The notes: generated by a model from the letters alone, not told the origin. Positions 14,301 to 23,288 are shown, counted from the stretch's first letter. The stretch: DNA of 64,000 bases from Pontiella sp. (GCA_050290185.1 JBNKHE010000007.1:96001-160000), one strand, 5' to 3'. Translations and numbers: made by a program.

Positions 14301-14660
14301 TCACTTTCGATAGATCTGCGTCAGTTCGTCGAGATCGGTGGCTTTGATTTTCTCCAGACGGATCCGGTCCTCCTCGATCTCCGGGGAATGTTCTACGGAC
14401 TCAAAAACCCAGTTGAGGGTATTCCATGAATCGGAACTCCGGTCGGCGAGGCGGTAGTGCATCCATCGCCCCTCCTTGCGTCCTTCAACCAAGCCCGCAT
14501 GTTTTAAAATGGATACATGTTTCGAAACCGTCGACGGGGCCAGTTTCAACAGTTCGATAATCCGGCACACACAGAGTTCTCCTCCGCGCAACGCCATTAG
14601 AATCCGCACCCGGTTCGGGTCGGCCAACGCTTTGGTCTTGGTCGTGAATGTCGCAATCAT
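14301..14660 (-). CDS. ArsR/SmtB transcriptional regulator
   Basis: ALADPNRVRIL, ELCVC, STVSKH and GRWMHY motifs. Confidence 0.92.
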   Translation of the reverse strand: MIATFTTKTKALADPNRVRILMALRGGELCVCRIIELLKLAPSTVSKHVSILKHAGLVEGRKEGRWMHYRLADRSSDSWNTLNWVFESVEHSPEIEEDRIRLEKIKATDLDELTQIYRK

Positions 14661-14813
14661 ATTTTTATAATTCGTCAAATAACGAAATAAAGATATCAGG
14701 CGAATCCAGATTGGCCAATCTTATTCATGAAAAAGGAGTCGTGGGGATGGTTCCGGCTTTCCGTGAGCAGAGATCTTTTGTTTAATGCGGCTTTTACTAT
14801 GAACGGAGTGGCA

Positions 14814-15761
14814 ATGGGTAAAACTTTCAGCAAAGTGGCTGTTTTGATGGGCGGTGTTTCATCGGAACGTGAAATTTCATTGAAATCGGGCAAAGCGATT
14901 GCGCAGGGACTGCGCGAGGGTGGATATGAGGTGCGGGAAATAGACATAACCGCAAAGCAGTTTTCCATCCCTGCGGATATCGAGGCGGTTTTTGTGGCGT
15001 TGCATGGGCAGTTTGGCGAGGATGGAGAAATTCAACAGATCCTGTCCGAAAAAGGAATGCCCTTCACGGGCTCGGGGCCGGAATCCAGCCGGGTCTCCTT
15101 CGACAAGATTCTAACCCGCCGGCAACTGGAGAAAAACGGCATTCCGATACCCCGGGGCGAGGTGGTTAAGAAAGCTTCGGACCGGACTGTTCCCGTACCG
15201 CTGGTGGTGAAACCACCCCGCGAAGGATCAAGCGTAGGGTGCTATCTGGTTTTCGAGGAACATGCGTGGGAGTCGGCATTCGAGGGCGCGGTGCAGTATT
15301 CCGGGGAGGTGCTGGTGGAGGAATACATCCCGGGTCGCGAGCTGACGGTCGGGGTGGTGGAGTCGATATCGCACGAGCCTTCGGCATCCGCTGTAGCTGC
15401 AGCAGACCAGTCGGCGACCAGACTCGTGCTGCCGGTGGTGGAGATAAAGACGGTGTCGGAGTGGTATGACTTCGATGCAAAATATGTGACCGGCGATACG
15501 CAGTATGTTGTACCTGCCGAGCTGGATGACGAGACAACTGTGCGGTTGCAATCCATCGCCCTTGCGACATTCGACTGCCTGGGAGCCTCGGGCTTTGGCC
15601 GGGTCGATTTCAGGCTGTCTCCCGAAGGCAAACCCTATGTGCTGGAGCTGAATGCCATCCCCGGATTTACCGCCACAAGTCTGCTCCCTAAAGCCGCTCA
15701 GGCGCATGGAATCGGTTTTTCAGAGCTTTGTTGTCGAATCATGGAAATGGCTCACTTGTGA
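14814..15761 (+). CDS. ddl: D-alanine--D-alanine ligase (last codons supplied by the island)
   Basis: GGVSSEREISLKSG, LHGQFGEDG, EGSSVG, RVDF and LELNAIPG motifs. Confidence 0.96.
   Translation: MGKTFSKVAVLMGGVSSEREISLKSGKAIAQGLREGGYEVREIDITAKQFSIPADIEAVFVALHGQFGEDGEIQQILSEKGMPFTGSGPESSRVSFDKILTRRQLEKNGIPIPRGEVVKKASDRTVPVPLVVKPPREGSSVGCYLVFEEHAWESAFEGAVQYSGEVLVEEYIPGRELTVGVVESISHEPSASAVAAADQSATRLVLPVVEIKTVSEWYDFDAKYVTGDTQYVVPAELDDETTVRLQSIALATFDCLGASGFGRVDFRLSPEGKPYVLELNAIPGFTATSLLPKAAQAHGIGFSELCCRIMEMAHL
15736..15754 (+). repeat. attL direct repeat
   Basis: GAATCATGGAAATGGCTCA, 18/19 identical to 31357..31375. Confidence 0.9.
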
Positions 15762-15857
15762 AAAAGTGCTGATATTAAAGGCTATTATCAATAATATAGC
15801 TTGCATTCAATACGTCACTTGATACAAAACGCTCCATCTTAACGAAGGGGCAAAATC

Positions 15858-17570
15858 ATGATGACACCAATCAATATTCCGCATTCCAAGCCTAGAGGGA
15901 AGCGAGGCACCTATGTCTATCGCCGAAGTATTCCGAAGGAGCTGCGGGAGAGTGTTGGGCAATCTGAGTATGTGATTTCGCTGAAGACCTCCAATCCCGT
16001 TGAGGCTGCTCCTCTGGCCATTGCCTTGGATGAGGAGCATACAGCTCTCTTCAAGCGTCTTAAGAGGCAGCTGGCGGAAGGACGTAAACCTGTTGACCCA
16101 TTAGCCGCCTTCAACGAGGTGCTAGCTCCCATGGTTCGCGATAGGGTAAACAGCTTTCTTAACGATGATGATTTCCTTGGCTGTTCAACCGAAGCCCTAG
16201 AAGAATACCACTGGCAGCTTCAACAATGCCATGACCGACTCTTCAATCTCCCTGAACTGGGTGACTGTCTATTGGATATCCATCTGGTTCATGAGGGGGC
16301 AACGATGACTCTCAAGGATTCCATGAGGCGTTTCTGTGGGTGGGTCGAGAGTATGCCCTATGGGACATCTATTCGGCTGTGGCGAAGAGTGCGCGGTCTG
16401 TTTGATGAAGCTACTAAAGCTCTAGGCGACGGGATCAAGGAGGAGTTGGAGAATGCATCTCCAGCCGGTTGGGAGCCTAGACAGTTGGTGGCCGCTGCCG
16501 CCGTCACGAAGAGAGATGACTCCAGAGGCCGAAGTTTGCGGGTAATCCTGAAGGAGTACCTTGGGTTAAACACCAAACGTGCTCCGAGTGCTATTCAAGG
16601 GATGACAAGCGACTTGGACTTATTCTTGGAGTTCTGTCAGAAGAGCGATATGGCCGTGACGGATGTGACGAAAGCAATGCTTACCGCCTTTCGGGATGAC
16701 TGCCTAGTGAAGCTGCCAGCCCAAAGGCACAGGAAGAAGGAACTGAAGGGTAAGAGTCTCTCCGAATGTATTCGTATCACAGAGAAGGAAGGCTTTGCCA
16801 AGCTGACTCCTGTCACCATACATGGCCGCTTTAAGACCCTCAGGACGCTCCTAGAACACGCGAAGACCGAGGGTGATATCCAGAGGAACCCAGCGGCCAA
16901 CATCAAGGCGGGGGAGCGTATGAAGGTCATTGCAGGGGGCGGCATGATGAATAAGAAGGCGTTCACCGCTGATGAGACAGAGGAAATGAAGAAGCTCATT
17001 GGGGATGAAAGCTTCAATATTTGGTTGGAGACCCCCGACTTTAAGTGGATTACGGCAATCGGCTATCACCAAGGCATGCGGTTAGGGGAAGTAACCCAGC
17101 TACAGAGCAAGGATGTTTACCTAGATCAAAGTAGTGGGGCGTATGTCATTTCGATTAATGATGATCACGAGAAAAAGAGTCTCAAGAAGCAATCCTCTAG
17201 GCGAATCATTCCGTTGCATCCTGAGCTACGCAAAATGGGGTTTCTTGAATACATCGATGCCAAGGGTATGCAGCCAGATGATTTCATCTGGTCTCAGAGT
17301 CTGAGCTGGGAGCCAAAGTGTAAATGGTATGGTAAGTATACTTCCACATACAGACGAAAGATTGCACCTGTGGCAGTACCTGATGCAGACCGGAGGAGGG
17401 AGCTTAAAGGATATCATTCGCTACGGCATTCGGCAATCTCTCGGATGCTGGCCAATGGGATTCCTGAAGATGAACGCAAAGGTATCGTAGGGCATAGTGC
17501 GGGGGATGTTCATGCTGGATATGCTGGGGGCATTACCGTTCAGCAGATGGCTAAATGGATGACCTATTAG
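15858..17570 (+). CDS. Tyrosine integrase with DUF6538-like N-terminus
   Basis: YVYRRSIPKEL...ISLKT N-terminus; catalytic GMRLGE, HSLRH, GH and Y (HAGY). Confidence 0.93.
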   Translation: MMTPINIPHSKPRGKRGTYVYRRSIPKELRESVGQSEYVISLKTSNPVEAAPLAIALDEEHTALFKRLKRQLAEGRKPVDPLAAFNEVLAPMVRDRVNSFLNDDDFLGCSTEALEEYHWQLQQCHDRLFNLPELGDCLLDIHLVHEGATMTLKDSMRRFCGWVESMPYGTSIRLWRRVRGLFDEATKALGDGIKEELENASPAGWEPRQLVAAAAVTKRDDSRGRSLRVILKEYLGLNTKRAPSAIQGMTSDLDLFLEFCQKSDMAVTDVTKAMLTAFRDDCLVKLPAQRHRKKELKGKSLSECIRITEKEGFAKLTPVTIHGRFKTLRTLLEHAKTEGDIQRNPAANIKAGERMKVIAGGGMMNKKAFTADETEEMKKLIGDESFNIWLETPDFKWITAIGYHQGMRLGEVTQLQSKDVYLDQSSGAYVISINDDHEKKSLKKQSSRRIIPLHPELRKMGFLEYIDAKGMQPDDFIWSQSLSWEPKCKWYGKYTSTYRRKIAPVAVPDADRRRELKGYHSLRHSAISRMLANGIPEDERKGIVGHSAGDVHAGYAGGITVQQMAKWMTY

Positions 17571-17730
17571 GTATTGGCTACCAAGGCCGCTTGAAGCTTG
17601 AGTGGTTGCATAGGAAAATCTCGAAGATTAGTTGGTAGTTGCGCTGGCGACTCTTCATAGAAATAAGAGGCCCAATCTGAGGTTACCCCTCGGAGTGGGT
17701 CTTGCTGTTTCAACGCCTAGAGTGTTCTGT

Positions 17731-20136
17731 TTAGGATTGTTGGGGTCTTTTCTTTATGAGTTTCCGGAACTGAGGTTGCTTGTTCCTCCATGTGAACCAA
17801 TACTCTACTCCAAGATAGAGCTCGTTCGTTCTGTCACAGATCTCAAAAAAATCCTTGTTATAAGATGCGTATTGCTTGTGTTTGTCGCTGGCTTTCTTCC
17901 ACGCTGTTGGCAAACCATTATGATCGGCACAGAGCTCTGTGCTGGTTAAAATCAGAATGTTATTGTATGGGCGACCAGCAACACGATTCGCTCTCGCCTT
18001 GTTTACCAATGGTTTAATCAACTTAATCTCATCAGGGCTCAACTTATCTTTCATGGTTGAAAAAACGAGAGTACAGCGTGGAAACTCTCTACCTAAGCGA
18101 CTCATGCGAGTGACATCTTTCTTTTCGAACAAGTTGAATGTTTTGCATTCTGCAAATATTACGATTTTCTTCGGGGCACCGTATCTTGATTCTTCGAAGA
18201 GAATCCCTAGGTCTGCTTCTAGGGGTTTTTGAGCTCCACCTTCTGATTTGCGAGCAGTAAAACTCATCATGGTAGTAGTAGCACCTTCAAAGACGCTTCT
18301 AAAAAACCTGAGTGACAGCAATACAGAGTAAGCACCTTGTGCGCTATTGGGTAAGCTAAACGGGCCGATCGTTCGGTAAGTCCATTTTAGAGCGTCAGGA
18401 TCTCCTGATGGTATTTCATAGGAGTCCAGACATTTTGGACACATCAGTGTGTAATCAGCTTCTGTGATTGAGAACCAAGACCGTTGCTGGCAAGTTGGGC
18501 ATTGACACTCTATCCCTAGTTGAAGCGCTCTACTATTTATTAACCCTTCGATAGTTCTGGTTCCGTCATCGTATAATCCTTCTTTATTGGCGATTTGTTT
18601 AATTCTATCGCGAAGTGCTTTCTTTTTTATGGTTTTCCCTTCGGAGTGCTCTGAAAGTAGCTTGATAACTCCCTTCGTAGCTAGAATGCCAATATACAAC
18701 TCTCCTCCGAGTTGCTTCAGCATTTGGGTTGCGATTCGTCCGGCTGTAGAGAGCTCAATATCCCATCCCTTTGCCTTCATCCATGAAGAAAAAACAGTTG
18801 TAGGGTTTAGAATCGGAACATGGATGTTCCATCTCGGAAAATCAGCTAAGTAAACTAGACCTTTTTTCGATAAGCGCCACTTAGGGTAGAACAATGGGAT
18901 ATGCATAGTTCTCTCATCATCTGGAAGAACTTCTGCTACAAGTTCGGAGATGGAATAGATGCGTACTTTTACTTCATTCGCAAAATGGGGGCCTCCACTC
19001 TGAGGGTATTTGGTAGCAAAAGATGGCGCTAAAGTATCGACGGTGGCTCGGTCTCCTGATACGCGTATATCATAACGGTCTACATTATCGCTCTCAATGG
19101 TATAGCTTACATTCTCCTGCGACTCATTTTGCCATATATGCGGGTACCAAGGTTGAGTAAAAAACTTAGCGTCACTCTTCTGCTCTGCAATAACTGCTCT
19201 TATATCCGAGATAAATGAATCTAGTTGATCTTTGGAGATATGAGCACTTGGTATTATAGTTGCCGCACGAATATCTGCCGGATTATCGGGGTTCCGATAT
19301 GTTTCTTCCGCCAAGAACTTAAACACTTGATCCAGTACGCTCTCGGTATCACTAACCTGAATCGGGATTGGTATTATGTTTCGCGCTGTCGCTCTGAGGT
19401 TTAAGTAATCGATGACATCTAGCGGCTGTGAAGCATCTAAGACGAATACACTTGAGTTGCCTAGGTGAAGATTTGTGGTTCGTACATCGCCGATGTAAAG
19501 AGAGGTCATTCTGCGATGAAATAAGTTCTGTGGATCAAGCAGGTCGAGAAAGTTGGTTAGTGAACAATCCACATCAACAAACTCTAGGGCGCTATACATT
19601 CCGCTCTTGGAATACAGTTCCTCAACTTCTTTACAGAGCGAGCCAAAGACAGAGGACAAAAAGAGTTTGTAAGGATGTCCGAAGGCTGGTGTTACTATTT
19701 TTGGGAGGTTACTGGGCTTAAATCGAAGCTCTTTTCTGTAATAATGGCGAAGTACCTCAAACGCACTAATACCATGAGAGATCGTTCCATCATTGCGAAT
19801 GCTTGCGATGAGGTCTGAAGCATATATGACTTCCCTGTTTTTACATGAAGAATGTTCCTTATCGGTTTTGTGGAAGCAGACAATGAAGTCTGGATCATAG
19901 CTATCTATATAACCTTTAACAAGGTCTGCTGGCTTCGCATTCGATGCAAATCGTTTTTTCCAGCTGCTAGGAATCCTTCTCAATAAAGGTATTGTTGGAT
20001 TATATTGTCCACCCCAAAGGAATGTATTGATTTCTATGGCCTTCAATAGTGATTTGGTGTCGTTGGGCCGAACCAGGAATGCGAGTCGTAATGGTCGAAG
20101 AGTTTGTTCAATATTGACATTGTCCATCGCATTCAT
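17731..20136 (-). CDS. 801-aa protein with Zn ribbon and C-terminal PD-(D/E)xK-like nuclease; putative defence protein
   Basis: CPTC...CPKC; EADL...FAECK; AAGGA RBS; AT-rich cargo gene. Confidence 0.7.
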   Translation of the reverse strand: MNAMDNVNIEQTLRPLRLAFLVRPNDTKSLLKAIEINTFLWGGQYNPTIPLLRRIPSSWKKRFASNAKPADLVKGYIDSYDPDFIVCFHKTDKEHSSCKNREVIYASDLIASIRNDGTISHGISAFEVLRHYYRKELRFKPSNLPKIVTPAFGHPYKLFLSSVFGSLCKEVEELYSKSGMYSALEFVDVDCSLTNFLDLLDPQNLFHRRMTSLYIGDVRTTNLHLGNSSVFVLDASQPLDVIDYLNLRATARNIIPIPIQVSDTESVLDQVFKFLAEETYRNPDNPADIRAATIIPSAHISKDQLDSFISDIRAVIAEQKSDAKFFTQPWYPHIWQNESQENVSYTIESDNVDRYDIRVSGDRATVDTLAPSFATKYPQSGGPHFANEVKVRIYSISELVAEVLPDDERTMHIPLFYPKWRLSKKGLVYLADFPRWNIHVPILNPTTVFSSWMKAKGWDIELSTAGRIATQMLKQLGGELYIGILATKGVIKLLSEHSEGKTIKKKALRDRIKQIANKEGLYDDGTRTIEGLINSRALQLGIECQCPTCQQRSWFSITEADYTLMCPKCLDSYEIPSGDPDALKWTYRTIGPFSLPNSAQGAYSVLLSLRFFRSVFEGATTTMMSFTARKSEGGAQKPLEADLGILFEESRYGAPKKIVIFAECKTFNLFEKKDVTRMSRLGREFPRCTLVFSTMKDKLSPDEIKLIKPLVNKARANRVAGRPYNNILILTSTELCADHNGLPTAWKKASDKHKQYASYNKDFFEICDRTNELYLGVEYWFTWRNKQPQFRKLIKKRPQQS

Positions 20137-20691
20137 CCTTCTTTAACCCATCAACAAGTAACCTATTTCATTTTTTGGTGCAATCATCTGAATGCCTATA
20201 TGTGAAAGAAGCGAGTCCAAGTTTCCCCCGTGGGGGTATCGTTTCGATAGGGGTGGGGGAGCTGAAAACACCCACTAATAGGATGGGGAGACAGAAGGTC
20301 ATCCCATATGGTAAAGTTGTGCGGCTCGTTGCTTGGAGACTCCTAGTTGCTCTCCTATACGGGTAAAGCTCTGGCCTTCGGTCTCCACTATTGAAGAGGA
20401 AGACGCTCAGTCTCGGTATCATTCTGTATCAAATAGACCAATCAACAGCACAGGACTCGTTCTTCTTATTACGTTGTAGCCAAGCATATCAACACCGATT
20501 GCAAAACCGTACGTCGATCCTATTGTTCGACAGCATTGTGAGAGAATCCGAGTATTTACTGAGTCCCGCCCCAATCAAATCGACAAGCAACAGGGCTGAC
20601 CTCGTGACTTCTCTTAGCTGCTTACTTTAGGAAGAAAGCGTCCTTCTGAACGTCCAGTTCAAAGAATCGGTTTATTGTGTCTAGAATAGGT

Positions 20692-20898
20692 GGCACCCAT
20701 GCATGCTTCATCCCGCATATGAACCAGATTCTTAGGTCTGTATTCTGCCGCATGTATGGCGACACGAATATGCTGGCTGAGTTCAAGAGGCAGATCGAAG
20801 AGCAGAGCGAGGGCTTCGATGTGGAATACCCTGAGCCGCCTACCCAAGGCGGTCTCGATGTAAGTCAGGTGATGTATTCGCAGTACTTTTTTGCCTAG
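20692..20898 (+). pseudogene. C-terminal fragment of a T7-type single-subunit RNA polymerase
   Basis: GTHAC..HMNQILRSVFCRMY...LAEF...PEPPTQGGLDVSQVMYSQYFFA* matches the post-motif-C end of T7/mitochondrial-type RNAPs; the upstream HDS motif is missing. Confidence 0.85.
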
Positions 20899-20940
20899 CC
20901 TGCATCACTAGTGTTACACCCTGTCAGAGAGGGTGTTGCG

Positions 20941-20963
20941 CTTATTCCCTCACTATAGGAAGA
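20941..20963 (+). promoter_or_regulatory. T7/T3-like phage RNAP promoter (+1 about 20958)
   Basis: CTTATTCCCTCACTATAGGAAGA vs T7 TAATACGACTCACTATAGGGAGA and T3 AATTAACCCTCACTAAAGGGAGA; 42 nt after the RNAP fragment stop. Confidence 0.75.
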
Positions 20964-21294
20964 ATGACGGGCAACTCTCCGTTTCTCTTCAAGCCACACC
21001 CGTGGCCACTCTCTTGCGTATCAGCCTCACCGCCTTCCATGGTTTTTGTTTCTCCTGTCCATGGTCGAGCGGTCGAGCATCGCTTTGGTTTTGCTGAGCT
21101 GCTTGGCTAACTTAGTGGGGAACCTATGGGCTATTGCCCGTACCCGCTCAAAGCCTCACTCAAAGATTTTCTCTCGATGCATCTCAAACCGCTGCAAATA
21201 GATAGGTACATATTTGTAGTGTTTGTGGTCGCTTCACGAGGCAGCAACTTGTTTGCCCATTCCCATTTTAATCAACCTAAGAAAGGAACCCAAA

Positions 21295-23055
21295 ATGTTA
21301 AACACAAAAGAAGTATTCGACCTTGCAAGAGCACAGAAGTTAACCCTAACGGATGATCCGTTGGCAGTCGTAAATGCGTACCCAGATAGTCTCGGTGTTC
21401 AGCTTTTCGATTGGCTTTGGGGAGAACTCGTTGAGGAAGGCCGAACGACACGCAATAAGCCAAACTTTAAATGCACCCGAACGGGAAAGGACTTGCGCGG
21501 AGTTGAAGTTAAACGTCAAGCAATGGCCGCTGTGCTGCTAGACCTCCTGTATTATGATGTCGTGGCCATCTACGGTGACGAACATATGTACACGCGCAAA
21601 GTGGGGCTTCCTGATCGATTGTCAATCAGTGGAATAGCTGTTCCTTCATGGTATCGCTATTCATCACTTTTGGTTTGGCTTGAGGCTGAACTTAAGCACC
21701 GCAACCTGTTGACTGTTTCGCAGGGGTGGCCAACTTTTCAGAACGAGAAGAGCGGCTATAAGATCACAGGTAGGCCAAACCTTTGGGCTGCTGATGGGCG
21801 ACTTCTGACACGACTTGAACTCGTGAAATCCTGTTCCAATCTCGCGGGGTTCTTCCCAGAGAAACGGCGGGACTGTATCGACCTGAAGCAAAACGGGGAG
21901 TCGGACTATTTACGAGCACCAGACCTCCTGATTCAAAAGAAGGATGAACTTGGTAAGGCTCAACCTTGGGCTGTATCCGGTAACTCTCTTGCTGATGAAA
22001 CCCGAAGACGTTTACTCGCAGTCAATCGCTTCAATGTTGAACATGATTGGACGGCATACCGTGCGAATCTAAGTGATGCCTTGAGTATAAGCGACACTCT
22101 TCGGGAACGGTTACTGTTTGCTCAAAATATGGATGACAAGCAGAAGCGGAAAGCTCGTCGAAGAGCTGCCGCTGATATGCTCGGTGTAACACACGGAGGG
22201 GACATTGAGTTCCGCAAGACCGTTGAGGTGATGCCGAATGTCTTCTCCAATGTTGAAGTGCCGGTAGGTGTCTTATCAAAGCAGTCAGAGCCGATCTTCA
22301 AGAACATACCTGTTGACCGTCGAGGGAACACGATGCTTCTGGAGTACGAGCGGAAGCTGGTTGACCCATGGCACACCATGCGGATTGCTGGCAGTCGGTC
22401 GGAAGAGATGGCTATCGGTCGAATGTATTGGAGCATGTCGCATATTCAGAAAGCACTTCGATTTTCACTTCAGGTGAACGGAGAGTCGACAGTTGAATGG
22501 GACTTCAAAAATATGCATCCGAAAATCTTGTACGGTCGAGCCGGTATCAAAGAGGTAACCCATGACCTCTATGATTATGTGTGTGATGAAGTGGGGGACT
22601 CAGAGCTGGTCTTGAGGCCACTCGTTAAGGTGCTCTTCAATGCCATGATAAATGCTAAGACCCCCGATGAGGCATTTCGTGCCGCTAATCGGAGCATGTA
22701 TAAGAATCCACACCAACCAAAGAAGCGGGATGTTTGGCTACCCATTGCGGAGAAAGTCAGAGGTCTAAACAATGGAGTTTACTCTTCGGATTTTCTGATG
22801 CCGATTATCCGAAAAGTTCATGCCCCCATTGCCGATTATTTCTGTACCGGTATTGGAGTAGAGCTTCAGGCTGTGGACGCTGAGATCGCTCTGAGGGTCA
22901 TGGAAAGATGTACTCAAGATTACGGACAACCGGTTGTCGGTATTCACGATTCGTTCCGTGTCCAAGAGTCGGCTGAGAGTTCGCTCAGACAGGTGATGAG
23001 GGAAGTCTCGGAAGAGATTCTAGATGGGACGGTTCTGGAGATAACGAAGAGCTGA
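21295..23055 (+). CDS. Divergent superfamily-A (PolA/T7-RNAP-like) polymerase with no recognisable exonuclease domain
   Basis: GRMY; motif A EWDFKNMHPKILY; motif B RPLVKVLFNAMIN; motif C GIHDSF; AAAGGA RBS before ATG 21295. Confidence 0.8.
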   Translation: MLNTKEVFDLARAQKLTLTDDPLAVVNAYPDSLGVQLFDWLWGELVEEGRTTRNKPNFKCTRTGKDLRGVEVKRQAMAAVLLDLLYYDVVAIYGDEHMYTRKVGLPDRLSISGIAVPSWYRYSSLLVWLEAELKHRNLLTVSQGWPTFQNEKSGYKITGRPNLWAADGRLLTRLELVKSCSNLAGFFPEKRRDCIDLKQNGESDYLRAPDLLIQKKDELGKAQPWAVSGNSLADETRRRLLAVNRFNVEHDWTAYRANLSDALSISDTLRERLLFAQNMDDKQKRKARRRAAADMLGVTHGGDIEFRKTVEVMPNVFSNVEVPVGVLSKQSEPIFKNIPVDRRGNTMLLEYERKLVDPWHTMRIAGSRSEEMAIGRMYWSMSHIQKALRFSLQVNGESTVEWDFKNMHPKILYGRAGIKEVTHDLYDYVCDEVGDSELVLRPLVKVLFNAMINAKTPDEAFRAANRSMYKNPHQPKKRDVWLPIAEKVRGLNNGVYSSDFLMPIIRKVHAPIADYFCTGIGVELQAVDAEIALRVMERCTQDYGQPVVGIHDSFRVQESAESSLRQVMREVSEEILDGTVLEITKS

Positions 23056-23288
23056 CCGAAGAACCGCATTGCAGCTGGCAGTAAGGCTGGCTGCTAACTG
23101 CTTCCACTTATTGCCAGCTCTGCTGAGATGGGAAGATACCACGGAGAGTTGCAACCTCCTGTAGGTATCATTTCCTCCTGTCTCGCTTCGCTCCACTAGG
23201 ATTGCACAGGTTATCCCTGCACATGTCGTAACATCTTAAACATTAATGAGAAAGGAGGGGTCGAGTATCCCGAACAATAAGGAGCAAA

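Noticed and set aside
20376..20398. Second phage-promoter lookalike CTTCGGTCTCCACTATTGAAGAG (SP6-like 3' half); also CACTAATAGG near 20273
   Set aside because: The specificity region differs from the 20941 promoter and the TATA is broken; kept only as a weak candidate.
20958..23055. Retron/DRT interpretation (structured RNA + polymerase)
   Set aside because: The enzyme has superfamily-A motifs (D..., RxxxK, HD), not the RT YxDD signature.
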